Source of the DNA: Giardia intestinalis
Taxonomy: Eukaryota
NCBI GenBank assembly: GCA_000002435.2
Contig: CM018793.1
Reading direction: 5' to 3' (one strand)
DNA: 64,000 nucleotides
The translations under genes and the position numbers were made by a program. Below, one piece after another: positions 1-10,245 of this stretch. Each line of letters opens with the position of its first letter. Within the stretch, counting starts at the first letter, position 1. Under the pieces are notes generated by a model. It had not been told where the DNA came from, did not search any database, and saw nothing but the letters and a program-made list of their open reading frames with translations.

Positions 1-868
1 GGGGAATGGAACCCGGCTGCTGTGGTTCAGCAAAGGAGTATCCTCGACTTGACTCATTGGGGAAGGTGCTGTGGGCCTACTGTATGCTTGTCTAAGATCC
101 TTCAACAGAAGAAGAAACATACGAAGAAAGTCGGGCCCTGCGCGCGCCAAGTCTCTTTCTATGAACAAATGAGCAGGAGAGACGAGCACATTGGTTCGAA
201 GCACACTCAGTGCCTTTGTCCAATTGTTATAGGCCACGGCCGGAGTGTGCTGGTCTGAAAGGCCTGGAATGCTTGTGCACCCTAAGAGCTCGACAAGCTT
301 GCCAAAGATAAACCCGTTCTGCATCGTGGCCTTTATTTTTGCAGGTGCTCCTGCAGTGGGTGTAGGCGAGACTGCGATTGACTGTAGAAGCTCAGGGATC
401 TGTGCACTGAATGCGCGTGCCCACGGGTCAGTACCTTTCCTCAGTACACCTAGCATCCAAGATAACGTGTCCGCCTCGTCGTAAGTTAGTGCAACATCAT
501 GTGAATCTGCAAGGGAGGTTGTGCTGGGGAGATCGGCTGGGGCTACATTACAGTGGGCCTTGGAGGTTCTTTGCCCTTTAGATGGAATGCCTGTCGATGC
601 AGACCGTCTCCTTGTACTCTTACTATCTTTACGAATGGGTGTGCACTCATGTCGCTGTGGAAGAGAAGGTCTGAATGGAAGACCTGACTGCTTCTTTTGA
701 ATGCCCCTGTCTTCGGCCTCGAGGATATTGAGTCCAATGTTGGGCAGGGAAAAAGCTGGAACAGATGTGTAGTCCTGGGTCTTAAAGAGGCTTTGCATAC
801 AGTATTGCAATCTGTATACTCAAAAAAACCACATTTTTGCTCCAGAAACACGTGGGTTCAGGCCTTGC

Positions 869-1876
869 ATGAGTTTCAATGAGCTCTATGACATCAGCTA
901 TCATAAGATAGGTGAAAGCGCAGTTGGAATGGTCTATTATGGAACAGAAATCCGCACAAACACGCCCGTGGCAATTAAGCTCATCTGCAAGGCCTCAACA
1001 AAGCTCGATCCCTACTTTATGGAGCGAGAGGCAAATACACTACTATCCATCACCCATGAAAACATCAATCGCGTCCGCGGGATCTATGAGAGTGCAGAAA
1101 ACCTGTACATTGTCATGGACCTCTGCGTAGGAAACGATGTGTTCACTCATGCCATACGGAAAAAGTACTATTCCGAGGACGATGCCCGGGAGATCATCAG
1201 GCAAATCTGTCGAGCTCTAGCCTACCTACACTCGCGTCACATAGCGCACCTGGGGATTAAGCCCGAGAATCTTCTCATAACGTGCAATTCGCAAAGGCCC
1301 ATAGTTTCCCACCTCAATGACAGCGAAGGGCCACAGCCATCTCGGGAGCTTGATGAGAAATACCTTGTGAAGCTTGTGGATGTGATGCTATCTCAGTACC
1401 TACACGGGGGAGAACCGTTGATCAGGCCCGAATACATCTCATTCATGGCTCCAGAAGTCTTGCGCCATCAGCCATACTCCACAGAGCCGGACATCTACGC
1501 CATGGGAGTCACTACTTATCTTCTCCTTGGCGGCGTACTTCCTTACGAGGAGCGTGACGCAGGAGAGCTGCTGGTTCTCATTGAAAAGGGTCAATGGGGC
1601 TTTCAGAATGCAAACTTCAATGGTATTTCAGCTAATGCTAAGGACTTTATTACTCAGTGTCTCAAGCCGGCGATTTCTGAGCGCATTACAGCACGCAAGG
1701 CGCTTCAGCACCCCTGGCTCTGCGATCCTCTACCGCACATAGTTCCCCTCAGCGGAACCCAGTCTCAACTCGAGCGCTATCTCGCCTCTTTGAAATTGCA
1801 CACCATGTCTGTAACAGAACAAGAGCCAATCCCGGCCACAATCTTTACTAATAGTGGGGAGAATGTGCCACAGTAG
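869..1876 (+). CDS. Ser/Thr protein kinase-like (CAMK-like), probable pseudokinase
   Basis: Starts at ATG 869. Gly-loop IGESAVGMVYYG, VAIK (VAIKLI) and APE (FMAPEV) are present. The catalytic loop reads HLGIKPENL rather than HRDLKPEN, and the DFG position reads DVM. Single 335-aa ORF. Confidence 0.75.
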   Translation: MSFNELYDISYHKIGESAVGMVYYGTEIRTNTPVAIKLICKASTKLDPYFMEREANTLLSITHENINRVRGIYESAENLYIVMDLCVGNDVFTHAIRKKYYSEDDAREIIRQICRALAYLHSRHIAHLGIKPENLLITCNSQRPIVSHLNDSEGPQPSRELDEKYLVKLVDVMLSQYLHGGEPLIRPEYISFMAPEVLRHQPYSTEPDIYAMGVTTYLLLGGVLPYEERDAGELLVLIEKGQWGFQNANFNGISANAKDFITQCLKPAISERITARKALQHPWLCDPLPHIVPLSGTQSQLERYLASLKLHTMSVTEQEPIPATIFTNSGENVPQ

Positions 1877-1990
1877 CCACAACAAGATGTCTGATCGGGC
1901 TTTCGCTTTGATGCTCAGCTATGCAAGCAAGGGTTACTCGTGCCTTCACTGTAGATCTACTCTTGTAAACGATAGCATCAACAGTCTTCG

Positions 1991-3745
1991 ATGGTTGTTC
2001 CTGGGTTTTCTAGACTTTCAAAAACGGAATTTTGGTGCATGTCAAGCCTGGATACCCCCGTTTCTTCTCTTGAGCAACTCACACGGCTTAAGGTTGAAGC
2101 ACACAGCAACCTCCTGCACGGAGACTTCCAAGGGACACTACAGATCTGTCACGACGTATTACAGATTATTCACCGCCAACCAGAGAGTACGCAGCACGCA
2201 GAAGATCAGATTCTCTTCTTTCTCATGAGAATAGAAGCGGAGCTACGGCTGGGGCTCTTCCAGCAGGCTCGTGAGGGACTCGAAAAGCACATCCCGCCGC
2301 TTCTTGCTCTCCTTTCCGAAGAGCATCCTTTTAACATAACGCACATATTCGACTCTGTCCACCTAGAGCTTGCAATGGGGAATTATGCGACCGCACTGAA
2401 GGCAGCCAAACGACTTATAACTTACATACGTGCAGCTCAGCAAACTGCAGACGACATCACGAGGAACAACTTACAGTTGGCGCGGGCGCTTCTTATGTAT
2501 GCCCATGCAGCAGCTGGGATGAACGACTTCAAGGATGCATTCATTGCCCTTGCAGAGGCCAGAAACATCCAGATGTCCGCTGGCGCCGAGTGCGAAGCAG
2601 CGCTGACGACGGCTCACGAAATTTCCACCCGGCTGCTATCGGGAGATACAACCGATGCTGTGGTCAGTCTCGTTGCAGTGTGTGAAAAGATCCTCACGGA
2701 CAACCCTACCTGGGCTGGCCTGCCCTCGCTTTACCACAACATTGCCGTAGCACTGAACTGCGAGGGTAGACCTTCAGATGCTGTCGACTTTCTTGCGAAG
2801 GCCGCAAGCATGTGCAAGATATTCTATGGCGAAGGGTCTGCTGATTATTGTCGTGAACTTCTGAGCCTTGCGCAGACACAGCTTATCATAGGGAACATGA
2901 GTGAGTGCAGTTTGCTCTTAGAGAGAGTTGGGTCCGTGAGCAGCATGGCAACTGACGGAAATTACTGGTTTATTAAGGGAGATGTCGCATATCTGTCGGG
3001 GGATAGCGAGACGGCCGTCCAGCACTATCGCACAGCTATTATCCATATCACAAACCCAGTTATTAAGGCAGATGCAGAGCAAGCGTTAGCCTCAGCCCTG
3101 CAGGCCTCTGGCTCCCCAAAAGATGCCCTTTTGTTGCTAGACAAGCTAGCTAGTCGCTACGAAAAGCAATATGGAGAGCGCTCGCCGCGGACAGCATCGG
3201 TTTGCGTCTCACTGGGTAACATTTTTCGGCATCAAGCGCGATACAAAGAGTGTCTGGTGCTTTATGAAAGAGCCCTTAACATTTTCGAAGAGACCTATGG
3301 TCGCAGTCATGCGTACGTTGCAACCGTAAAGATCAATATTGGTGGGGTCTACTATACTCAGAGATCCTTCCGGAACGCCCTTATTTACTTTACCCATGTA
3401 AAAGCCATCCGTGAGGCCGTCTTCGGTCCTGTGCATCCACTCACCATTAGATTATATCTAGCAATCGCCAAGACCTACGAGCAAATCTGCATAGAACTAG
3501 CGAGCACAGTCACGGGGATGACCGCTTCAGGTAGTGCGAGCCTGGGTCCTCGAAGCGTCGGGCCAACAACCGGGAACATGGTCAGGCAGATAGCAGGCGA
3601 AGAAAGATCTAGTTTCGAGGAGGCACAAGCATTCTATGATAGGGCGCTAAAGGGGTGCATGGAAGCATATGGACCCAATGCACCCGAAACTATAGAAGTT
3701 CGCAAGAGTATGACGGAGTTGAAGAGACGGCGAAGAAACTGGTGA
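1991..3745 (+). CDS. TPR-repeat protein (kinesin-light-chain / nephrocystin-3-like TPR_12 repeats)
   Basis: 584 aa. C-terminal half has stacked 42-aa TPR-like units (…YERALNIFEETYGRSHAYVATVKINIGGVYYTQRSFRNALIYFTHVKAIREAVFGPVHPLTI…). Start at ATG 1991; an alternative ATG lies at 2039. Confidence 0.7.
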   Translation: MVVPGFSRLSKTEFWCMSSLDTPVSSLEQLTRLKVEAHSNLLHGDFQGTLQICHDVLQIIHRQPESTQHAEDQILFFLMRIEAELRLGLFQQAREGLEKHIPPLLALLSEEHPFNITHIFDSVHLELAMGNYATALKAAKRLITYIRAAQQTADDITRNNLQLARALLMYAHAAAGMNDFKDAFIALAEARNIQMSAGAECEAALTTAHEISTRLLSGDTTDAVVSLVAVCEKILTDNPTWAGLPSLYHNIAVALNCEGRPSDAVDFLAKAASMCKIFYGEGSADYCRELLSLAQTQLIIGNMSECSLLLERVGSVSSMATDGNYWFIKGDVAYLSGDSETAVQHYRTAIIHITNPVIKADAEQALASALQASGSPKDALLLLDKLASRYEKQYGERSPRTASVCVSLGNIFRHQARYKECLVLYERALNIFEETYGRSHAYVATVKINIGGVYYTQRSFRNALIYFTHVKAIREAVFGPVHPLTIRLYLAIAKTYEQICIELASTVTGMTASGSASLGPRSVGPTTGNMVRQIAGEERSSFEEAQAFYDRALKGCMEAYGPNAPETIEVRKSMTELKRRRRNW

Positions 3746-3771
3746 TCTAGCCAATCTGGTTATCATGGCAG

Positions 3772-6700
3772 TTACACAGCTTTGCTCCTACGACAGCACA
3801 AGAACCATACGAGTACACCCACAGCGCAGCCAATTACGGCGATAACGGCAATTGCTATCCCCGTGATCGCGCCGGCAGAAAGAGACGATTTATTGCCCGC
3901 TTCACTCGAGTCTAGGCAAAGGGCGATCCCAGCCTGTTGAGGGGCTATACAAATGCGACAACCCTGAACGCCCTGGTAGCCATCTGTAATGGTTGTATCG
4001 TCACACCGCTTGCAAACGCCCTGAGAGCCACTAAAGGCAGGGAAGAATCCCTCGGTACAAGAAGTACAAGCAGAAGCGGCTGTGCTGCTACATGAGCTGC
4101 AGCCGAGCACACAGTTGGAGCATATGCCATTGGTATTTGTAAAGCCGTCTGCGCAATTTGTGCAAAGCCCGTCCGACGAGGAGGTGCACACAGCTGATCC
4201 AGGGTATCGAGACGTTGCATAGCACCCTCCATTGAAGAGAAAGAGACCTCCTGAACACGATTCGCATGTGCCATCGCCGGATGTTATGCACATCACATTG
4301 CGTGCGGCAGAAACTGGCTCGCATCGCCCATTGATGGGTGCTTCTCCAGGCGTGCACTTGGAACAATAGCGCGTGCCATCAATAATTGCATTACAAACTG
4401 CACAATTACCTGCTGCGGTCGCTGAGCATTCTTGCAAGCACGAGCCAAGACCTGTACCAGTAGAGTGAACGGTACCAGTTGGGCAAGTCAGGCAGTCGTT
4501 CTCTGTACCCCCTCCGCAGGTCTTACAAGAGGTACTGCACGTTACACACTCGCCGTTAGAAAGAAATGAGGAGTCTGTGCATGAGGTGCAGGTTGTTTCG
4601 TTTGTACAGCTTGTGCAGTGTTCGCCGGTGCACGGAGCACACTGTCCTTGCTTGTTGTAGTACCCTTGGTCGCATTTTTCAACACAAGACGCATCAGTCT
4701 GGTGGAGAATGTATCCGTCAGCGCATACCAAGCACGTACTTTCATCAGTGCATGTCATGCAGTTTGCTAGACACTTCTTACAGTGCACGTCGGTTTTACG
4801 GAGACGCATGATAAATCTGGCAAGTACAGATACTTCATAATATCCGCTTTGGCACCCAGTGCAGATACTAGAGTCCTCAGCATCCTCACAGACACAACCA
4901 AGAGGGCAGACCGTCTCGCAAACCACAAGCTCTGTGTCTGGAGTTAACGTAGGAGACGCGCCTGGTCGACATTCCACACATGAGTCTAGATTTTCGTCGC
5001 AACGCAAACAGTTCTCATCATTGCAGTTGAAGCACACATTGTTGATAGATCCCATCCCATCCGGGCATGCGTCCAAACATTGCGTTGATTCCCCGGAGAC
5101 CAGCAGATGCTTTCCCTGGACGCACTGAGTACAAATAGCAGGTCCGGGGCTTGATGGCGTTGTGCACATAGCACAGCCAGCTACTCCATTCCAGGAGGCG
5201 TCCCTAACAATTTGCAAGCTGATTGAATCTGTCCTTTTTCTTCTTATAGATAGTAGCCTTTCTAAGCGCCTCGCTCCGGAAATGCGCGTCGGAATATAAC
5301 GGGTAGGAATGCTGCAACGCATGCAGCGTCCACTCGCTTCATCGGTGGGGTCTACCTCAAAGTATCCGTCCGCACATCCATTGCAAGTACTTGTTCCAGG
5401 AACACATGTACACCCGAGAGGACAGATAGGAACAAGAGCTATGCATGATTTCTTATCTTGAGACAGCTGGTAGTCTGGCATGCACTCGGTACACTTTGTG
5501 TGCTCAGACGCGCTGCACCTGTTACAACCCTCGATTGAGCAGGCGCTGCAGCCCTGTTTATCAGCACACTCGATGCATATATTAACCGATTCGAGAGATC
5601 GTCTATATGCATACCGTCTACCAGGACTGAAAGTATGACCGAAGAAAGTAGCATCATTGGGTACGCGTCCGCAAGAAGAGCAGAAATCTCCACTACATGG
5701 CTCGCAACGTGCCGCGTCAGTTCTAGATGGATCGAATGTGAAGTATCCATCCGCGCACCCCGAACAAATATTTCCAACCGCACATGTACAAATAGAGGGA
5801 CAAGCAGAGCTGTCCTTAACGCATGTCAGGCCATTGAACGAAATGCTGTACCCCAGGAGACAGACACAACGTCCATTTTGCTCCTCTGAAAACTCGGGAC
5901 ATTCGGGAACACATTGATCACTCCGAAGGCTCAGCTTGTATGCTGGATTATAGCACGTGCTGCAGAGCTCGGGATCACCGTTGCACGTCTTGCAGGTCAC
6001 ATGGCAGCTATGGCACGTTCCCTCTACCAAGCCTTTCCCATCGTCGCACAGGGTACAAGTGACCTTTGACGTGCTTCGACGCAAGGACGAACCTTCCACT
6101 GTGCACGTTTTACAACCAGAGATGGCAGAGCTACACCGCACGCAATTCTCTGCTGAGGGCGTAGATAATGTAAAGTATCCCCTCTGACAGCTAACACACG
6201 TGGGAGACACATCTGTGCAGATGCAATTAGAGGGACAATCTTCGTGTCCAGAGTCGTCTAAGACGCAAACTTCCCCCTTTAACGTGTATCCTAAATCACA
6301 TTCTTTGCACACCACAATAAGGTCACCGTTTTCCTGCACCCCTCTGCAATCGATGCAGTGCTCAACTCCAATGACCGATCCATCGGAAAAGCTGCTCAAG
6401 TCACAAGGTATACACTGACCTTTCCAGCTACCACTGGCGAGGAAAAACCCGGATCTGCATGTTACACACTTGTCAATCTCTCCTCCAGAACACGTGTCGC
6501 ATGATTCGTCACATTTCTCACATCCCTGTAGCGTTGAGTAATACCCGTGAATACATGAGCACTTCTTATTTGTAGCTGCAACGGAATTAGGCGGACAAGC
6601 AGAAAGACATTCTGTTAAGGCAGGATTAAAGTACGGTGTTTCAGCAAAGCACTCTGCACACTTATTGGCCCTATGTGGGCACGACTTGCAGCCATTACCA

Positions 6701-8601
6701 CAGGGCTCACACAGCCCATCATCCATCCTATATCCATCCAGACACTCCTCACAGACAATGCTGTCAGACTCAGGAATGTATGAGCATAAGCCACAATGCT
6801 CCACCTCTAGCGCACACGATAAGCAAGTATCCCCTGAGACAACTCCTGCCGCTATAAAGCCCGGCTTACAGCTGGTACACAGAGCAGGAACATCTTGATC
6901 GGCACAGAGACAAGACAGGGGGCACTCGCTGGCTGGCAACGGGGTACAGAATCCGTCCTCATCAGGCTCGTACGCCTCCTGACAAGCAAGGCACTCAGTC
7001 AGGGCAGGATCACAAAGGACACAGTTTGGAATTGCGCAGGCGTTACACTCTGTTTTGTCAGTGCAGTCTACGCACATGTTATCTCGACACGCTGCACAGT
7101 GCTCTCCCTCACAAGCTACACAAGCTGTCCCGGTAAAGAAGTACTTAGGATCACACGCGTTGCAGGTAGCGACATCACTCTTACAATCTAAGCAATGTGC
7201 TATTGTACATGGAGAGCATTCACCTTCGTGAATTCCGTACCCGTCTCTGCACTTAATACATGTTGTCCCAGAAACTTCTGCACAAATGATATTCCCAGGG
7301 ATACTAGCCAGCGTATAGCAGCCTCCTTGAAATAGGAAATAACCTGTAGTCTTGCAGCCTGTGCACGCTCCATCGCGTACATCACAATGGTCGGCCGCTG
7401 CCTCTGTGCACTCTCCGTTGAGGGGGGCCTCCTTCTTTTGGTTACACTTGCTACAGTATACCTTACCCCCTATAGCGATTTGATTTTCTATGGAACAGAT
7501 CTGGAGTCCATAAGATCCTGTCGTTGCGTAGCATCCGCCACTATAAAGTAGATGCTCTCCCTCGCAGCTGATGCAAATCTGGGAAAAGTTTTTCTGACAG
7601 GTTGTTAGGCCTGATGTGCATATGCCTGCTACGGGGACGTCTTCTTCATAGGCACACTTGGTGCACAACGTTCCCTCAAAAGCTGTACAGTGGCCTATTG
7701 CACAGCTCTGAAGCCCGTTTCCTTCTGAGCATAGCTTAACACACCTCCCACTGCTTCGTAGGACATAGCCTTGTTGGCACTGTGTGCAGGACTCGTTCTC
7801 ACAGAGCAAGCAATGATCCACGGGACAATATGTGCATACGCCGTCAGTCACAGGATAATGACTTCCGCATTCTGTGCATTCACCATCACGAACCTCTGCA
7901 CAAATGGCTGATCCCGGATGTTCGTTGGCGTTGTAGCAGCCACCATTGAACAAAAAGTATCCATCGGCAACACAGTTGATGCATTGGCCACTCTCTGCAT
8001 CACAGTACGAGGAATGCTCGTCAGTGCAATGTCCATTGATTGGGGCCTCGTTCTCGTCATTGCATAGGCTACAGTAAAGCATGCCTTCGACAACTATCTG
8101 GTTATCGGTAGCACATATAGACTGGGCTAAAGCACTCTTGCTAGGGTAACAGCCTCCTCGATAAAGTAGGTGTCCTGATTCGCAAGATATGCAGATTCCG
8201 TGACTGTCTTTAACGCACGTTGTAACCCCGGTGTTACATACCCCGGCTGCCGGCACGTCTCCCTCGTGTGCGCACTTTGAGCATAGAGTGTCATCAAACA
8301 CAGTGCAGTGACCAACAGCACAATTTGTCTCCGAGTCTCCTTCAATGCAAAGGTCGACACACCGTCCTCTATTGGTAAGGGTGTACCCGTGGTCACAGAC
8401 TTCACAGATATACGGGTCTGTACATGATGTACAGTTCTCAGGACAGTCTGACACATCACTGAATAGAATGCGCTCTGCAGTGCCGGCCTTAGCTGCCAAA
8501 CGGCACAAGGCGCCGCCCTTCAAGTAATGGTTACTGTTGTGCAGATAATGGTGACGGTTGCTACACGTGCACATTAGGAGAGTAAGAATCCATGTGTGCA
8601 T
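3772..8601 (-). CDS. High-cysteine membrane protein (VSP/HCMP-like cysteine-rich surface protein)
   Basis: Start trimmed to ATG at 8601 (MHTWILTLLMCTCS, a signal-peptide-like N-terminus). The upstream sequence is cacaaaacaaaaATG. About 1,610 aa, rich in CXXC, with repeated GGCY motifs (RGGCYPS, NGGCYNANEHPGS, QGGCYTLASIPGN, NGGCYATSRYPGS). C-terminal TM helix ITGIAIAVIAVIGCAVGVLVWFLCC followed by the basic tail RRSKAV. Confidence 0.85.
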   Translation of the reverse strand: MHTWILTLLMCTCSNRHHYLHNSNHYLKGGALCRLAAKAGTAERILFSDVSDCPENCTSCTDPYICEVCDHGYTLTNRGRCVDLCIEGDSETNCAVGHCTVFDDTLCSKCAHEGDVPAAGVCNTGVTTCVKDSHGICISCESGHLLYRGGCYPSKSALAQSICATDNQIVVEGMLYCSLCNDENEAPINGHCTDEHSSYCDAESGQCINCVADGYFLFNGGCYNANEHPGSAICAEVRDGECTECGSHYPVTDGVCTYCPVDHCLLCENESCTQCQQGYVLRSSGRCVKLCSEGNGLQSCAIGHCTAFEGTLCTKCAYEEDVPVAGICTSGLTTCQKNFSQICISCEGEHLLYSGGCYATTGSYGLQICSIENQIAIGGKVYCSKCNQKKEAPLNGECTEAAADHCDVRDGACTGCKTTGYFLFQGGCYTLASIPGNIICAEVSGTTCIKCRDGYGIHEGECSPCTIAHCLDCKSDVATCNACDPKYFFTGTACVACEGEHCAACRDNMCVDCTDKTECNACAIPNCVLCDPALTECLACQEAYEPDEDGFCTPLPASECPLSCLCADQDVPALCTSCKPGFIAAGVVSGDTCLSCALEVEHCGLCSYIPESDSIVCEECLDGYRMDDGLCEPCGNGCKSCPHRANKCAECFAETPYFNPALTECLSACPPNSVAATNKKCSCIHGYYSTLQGCEKCDESCDTCSGGEIDKCVTCRSGFFLASGSWKGQCIPCDLSSFSDGSVIGVEHCIDCRGVQENGDLIVVCKECDLGYTLKGEVCVLDDSGHEDCPSNCICTDVSPTCVSCQRGYFTLSTPSAENCVRCSSAISGCKTCTVEGSSLRRSTSKVTCTLCDDGKGLVEGTCHSCHVTCKTCNGDPELCSTCYNPAYKLSLRSDQCVPECPEFSEEQNGRCVCLLGYSISFNGLTCVKDSSACPSICTCAVGNICSGCADGYFTFDPSRTDAARCEPCSGDFCSSCGRVPNDATFFGHTFSPGRRYAYRRSLESVNICIECADKQGCSACSIEGCNRCSASEHTKCTECMPDYQLSQDKKSCIALVPICPLGCTCVPGTSTCNGCADGYFEVDPTDEASGRCMRCSIPTRYIPTRISGARRLERLLSIRRKRTDSISLQIVRDASWNGVAGCAMCTTPSSPGPAICTQCVQGKHLLVSGESTQCLDACPDGMGSINNVCFNCNDENCLRCDENLDSCVECRPGASPTLTPDTELVVCETVCPLGCVCEDAEDSSICTGCQSGYYEVSVLARFIMRLRKTDVHCKKCLANCMTCTDESTCLVCADGYILHQTDASCVEKCDQGYYNKQGQCAPCTGEHCTSCTNETTCTSCTDSSFLSNGECVTCSTSCKTCGGGTENDCLTCPTGTVHSTGTGLGSCLQECSATAAGNCAVCNAIIDGTRYCSKCTPGEAPINGRCEPVSAARNVMCITSGDGTCESCSGGLFLFNGGCYATSRYPGSAVCTSSSDGLCTNCADGFTNTNGICSNCVLGCSSCSSTAASACTSCTEGFFPAFSGSQGVCKRCDDTTITDGYQGVQGCRICIAPQQAGIALCLDSSEAGNKSSLSAGAITGIAIAVIAVIGCAVGVLVWFLCCRRSKAV
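7141..8367 (-). repeat. Internal tandem duplication (two ~206-aa / ~618-nt units) within the HCMP gene
   Basis: Protein residues ~97-302 (GRCVDLCIEGDSETNCAVGHCTVFDDTLCSKCAHEGDVP…NGGCYNANEHPGSAICAEV…) recur at ~303-505 (GRCVKLCSEGNGLQSCAIGHCTAFEGTLCTKCAYEEDVP…QGGCYTLASIPGNIICAEV…). I estimate ~55-60% aa identity. Confidence 0.6.
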
Positions 8602-8687
8602 TTTTGTTTTGTGGGCATCTACTGCAGAAAAGGCTCCATCTCCTATCCTGTACACTTGTAGATATCTGCTGTACTATCGACATCACG

Positions 8688-9695
8688 CTAGAGGTCTACA
8701 AACATGAAGTCTAACAAGGAATCGTCCACATCCTGTGACACGGTGAGAGTTTCTGCCGACCGTGCTCGCCGTGCAGCGGGAATAGTTGGCTGGATAACCG
8801 GCGGAGGAAACTGGACAATACTGGAAAAGGGAGAAGGGTTCTTCTCATCATCTCTCTCAGGTTCTTCATCCCAAGCTACACGGGCATGACGGGCTTGGCG
8901 CCTGGCAAGGGTGGCAAGGGAGGGGTTTTCTACTGCAGTGAGGCTAAGGGACTGTAGATTATCTAGTGTGCCTTTTGCAAGGAGAGAAGACAGGAGAGGT
9001 CCTTGTTTGCAGTTGACTGGATTCGATGGGCACGGCTCGAAAATCATGTTGGAGCTCTGAAGAAGCCCGCAATCTGCACGAAGCCGCATCCCTTTTGAAG
9101 TAGTGCTAGAAGGAGACCCTTGGGGAACGACCGGATCTAGAGACCTATATGGACTATTGTCATGCAAGATTTCTTGTGGCGAAGTTGTATCCGCTGGAAT
9201 TAAGGCTGGGACAAGATTATCCGAAAACTGCGCCCCTGTACATTTCTGTCTCAGCTCCAGCTCATTCTGATCATCCTTATCTTGCCTGAGGGACAGCTTC
9301 GGCTCTACATTCACTGCTTTTGTCCGCTGTTGCTTGGTAGACTTGGCCGAGCGCCGTGGAGAAGCTGGCGGAGAATGCTCTGCCAAGTGATGGACTGAAG
9401 GAGTGGCAGATCCTTGACGTGTCGCTGACCTGTATTTATACTGAAAGTAAGATGGCGGCAAGAACTTTATATTTGTTGTGTATTCATATCTAGGGTGCCC
9501 TGCAGGGCCAGGCACCGCCTCAAAGTCTCGCGAGGCGACTATCTTTGTGCACCGGGGGCGTGTTGTGTGAGGCCTGGTCCTCTTGGAGGGAAGAGAACTT
9601 CTGGGACCTGCACCCTCGGGAGTAGCTTGAGGTGCCTGCGCCTCTGCCTGGAGCTGCCGAGTTCTTGGCCGCGGCGAAGCTCGCCGAGCAGGCAT
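8688..9695 (-). CDS. Hypothetical Pro/Ser/Arg-rich low-complexity protein
   Basis: 335-aa ORF. ATG at 9695 is preceded by an A/T-rich initiator (caacaaaaatcgagttctaaaaaacgATG). Overlaps the 3' end of the upstream same-strand ORF by 175 nt in a different frame. Confidence 0.4.
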   Translation of the reverse strand: MPARRASPRPRTRQLQAEAQAPQATPEGAGPRSSLPSKRTRPHTTRPRCTKIVASRDFEAVPGPAGHPRYEYTTNIKFLPPSYFQYKYRSATRQGSATPSVHHLAEHSPPASPRRSAKSTKQQRTKAVNVEPKLSLRQDKDDQNELELRQKCTGAQFSDNLVPALIPADTTSPQEILHDNSPYRSLDPVVPQGSPSSTTSKGMRLRADCGLLQSSNMIFEPCPSNPVNCKQGPLLSSLLAKGTLDNLQSLSLTAVENPSLATLARRQARHARVAWDEEPERDDEKNPSPFSSIVQFPPPVIQPTIPAARRARSAETLTVSQDVDDSLLDFMFVDL

Positions 9696-10119
9696 CGTTT
9701 TTTAGAACTCGATTTTTGTTGAGCCAGGAAGGTTTTGCCTTTGCTGAATCCCTGCATGATTGGAGTGAAAGAGGAGCAAACGCAGTAAACGCAGGGGAGC
9801 TACTATTATCCTGGATTTGGGACAGATTGGGCCTATCTGCACGTGGCGTTGACCCATTGGTGGGTGTTCTTCTGCATCTTGACATGTTCTGATTTGGATG
9901 CGGGGACTTTACAGATCTAGATGCGGGTGGACAGGGGCTTGAATAGCTGGACTTGAGTCGCAGAGTCTCATGCTTAGCTTCAGAGCTTTCTAAGAAATTG
10001 CGAGAGCTTTTGCGCTGCGAGTCTATGGGTTGGTCAACTGGTTCCTTCAGCAGCTGTATTCCAGCCTGCGTCGTCAAAAATGCTCGAATGATGGGAGCAA
10101 GATAGTGCTCCTCGGGCAT
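9520..10119 (-). CDS. Hypothetical Ser-rich protein
   Basis: 199-aa ORF. ATG at 10119 is preceded by taaagataatttacacATG. No recognisable domain. Confidence 0.4.
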   Translation of the reverse strand: MPEEHYLAPIIRAFLTTQAGIQLLKEPVDQPIDSQRKSSRNFLESSEAKHETLRLKSSYSSPCPPASRSVKSPHPNQNMSRCRRTPTNGSTPRADRPNLSQIQDNSSSPAFTAFAPLSLQSCRDSAKAKPSWLNKNRVLKNDACSASFAAAKNSAAPGRGAGTSSYSRGCRSQKFSSLQEDQASHNTPPVHKDSRLARL

Positions 10120-10245
10120 GTGTAAATTATCTTTAAGCGGTCACGGGGACATAGAGATAGTATGGGAAGAACAACTGATGTATCGAAGACACTGTAGTTT
10201 ACAACCCGTAGGTAGATAAAGGGAGGCTAAGTCAGATTTCTAATT

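Noticed and set aside
1-868. Small ORFs at the left edge (22..258, 245..484, 543..851)
   Set aside because: None has a recognisable motif or initiator context. The region may be intergenic or the tail of a gene beyond the window. No feature is called.
3945-7385. Numerous 60-110-aa ORFs on both strands inside the HCMP gene
   Set aside because: All lie within the 4.8-kb continuous HCMP frame. The CXXC/GGCY signal is present only in the long minus-strand frame.
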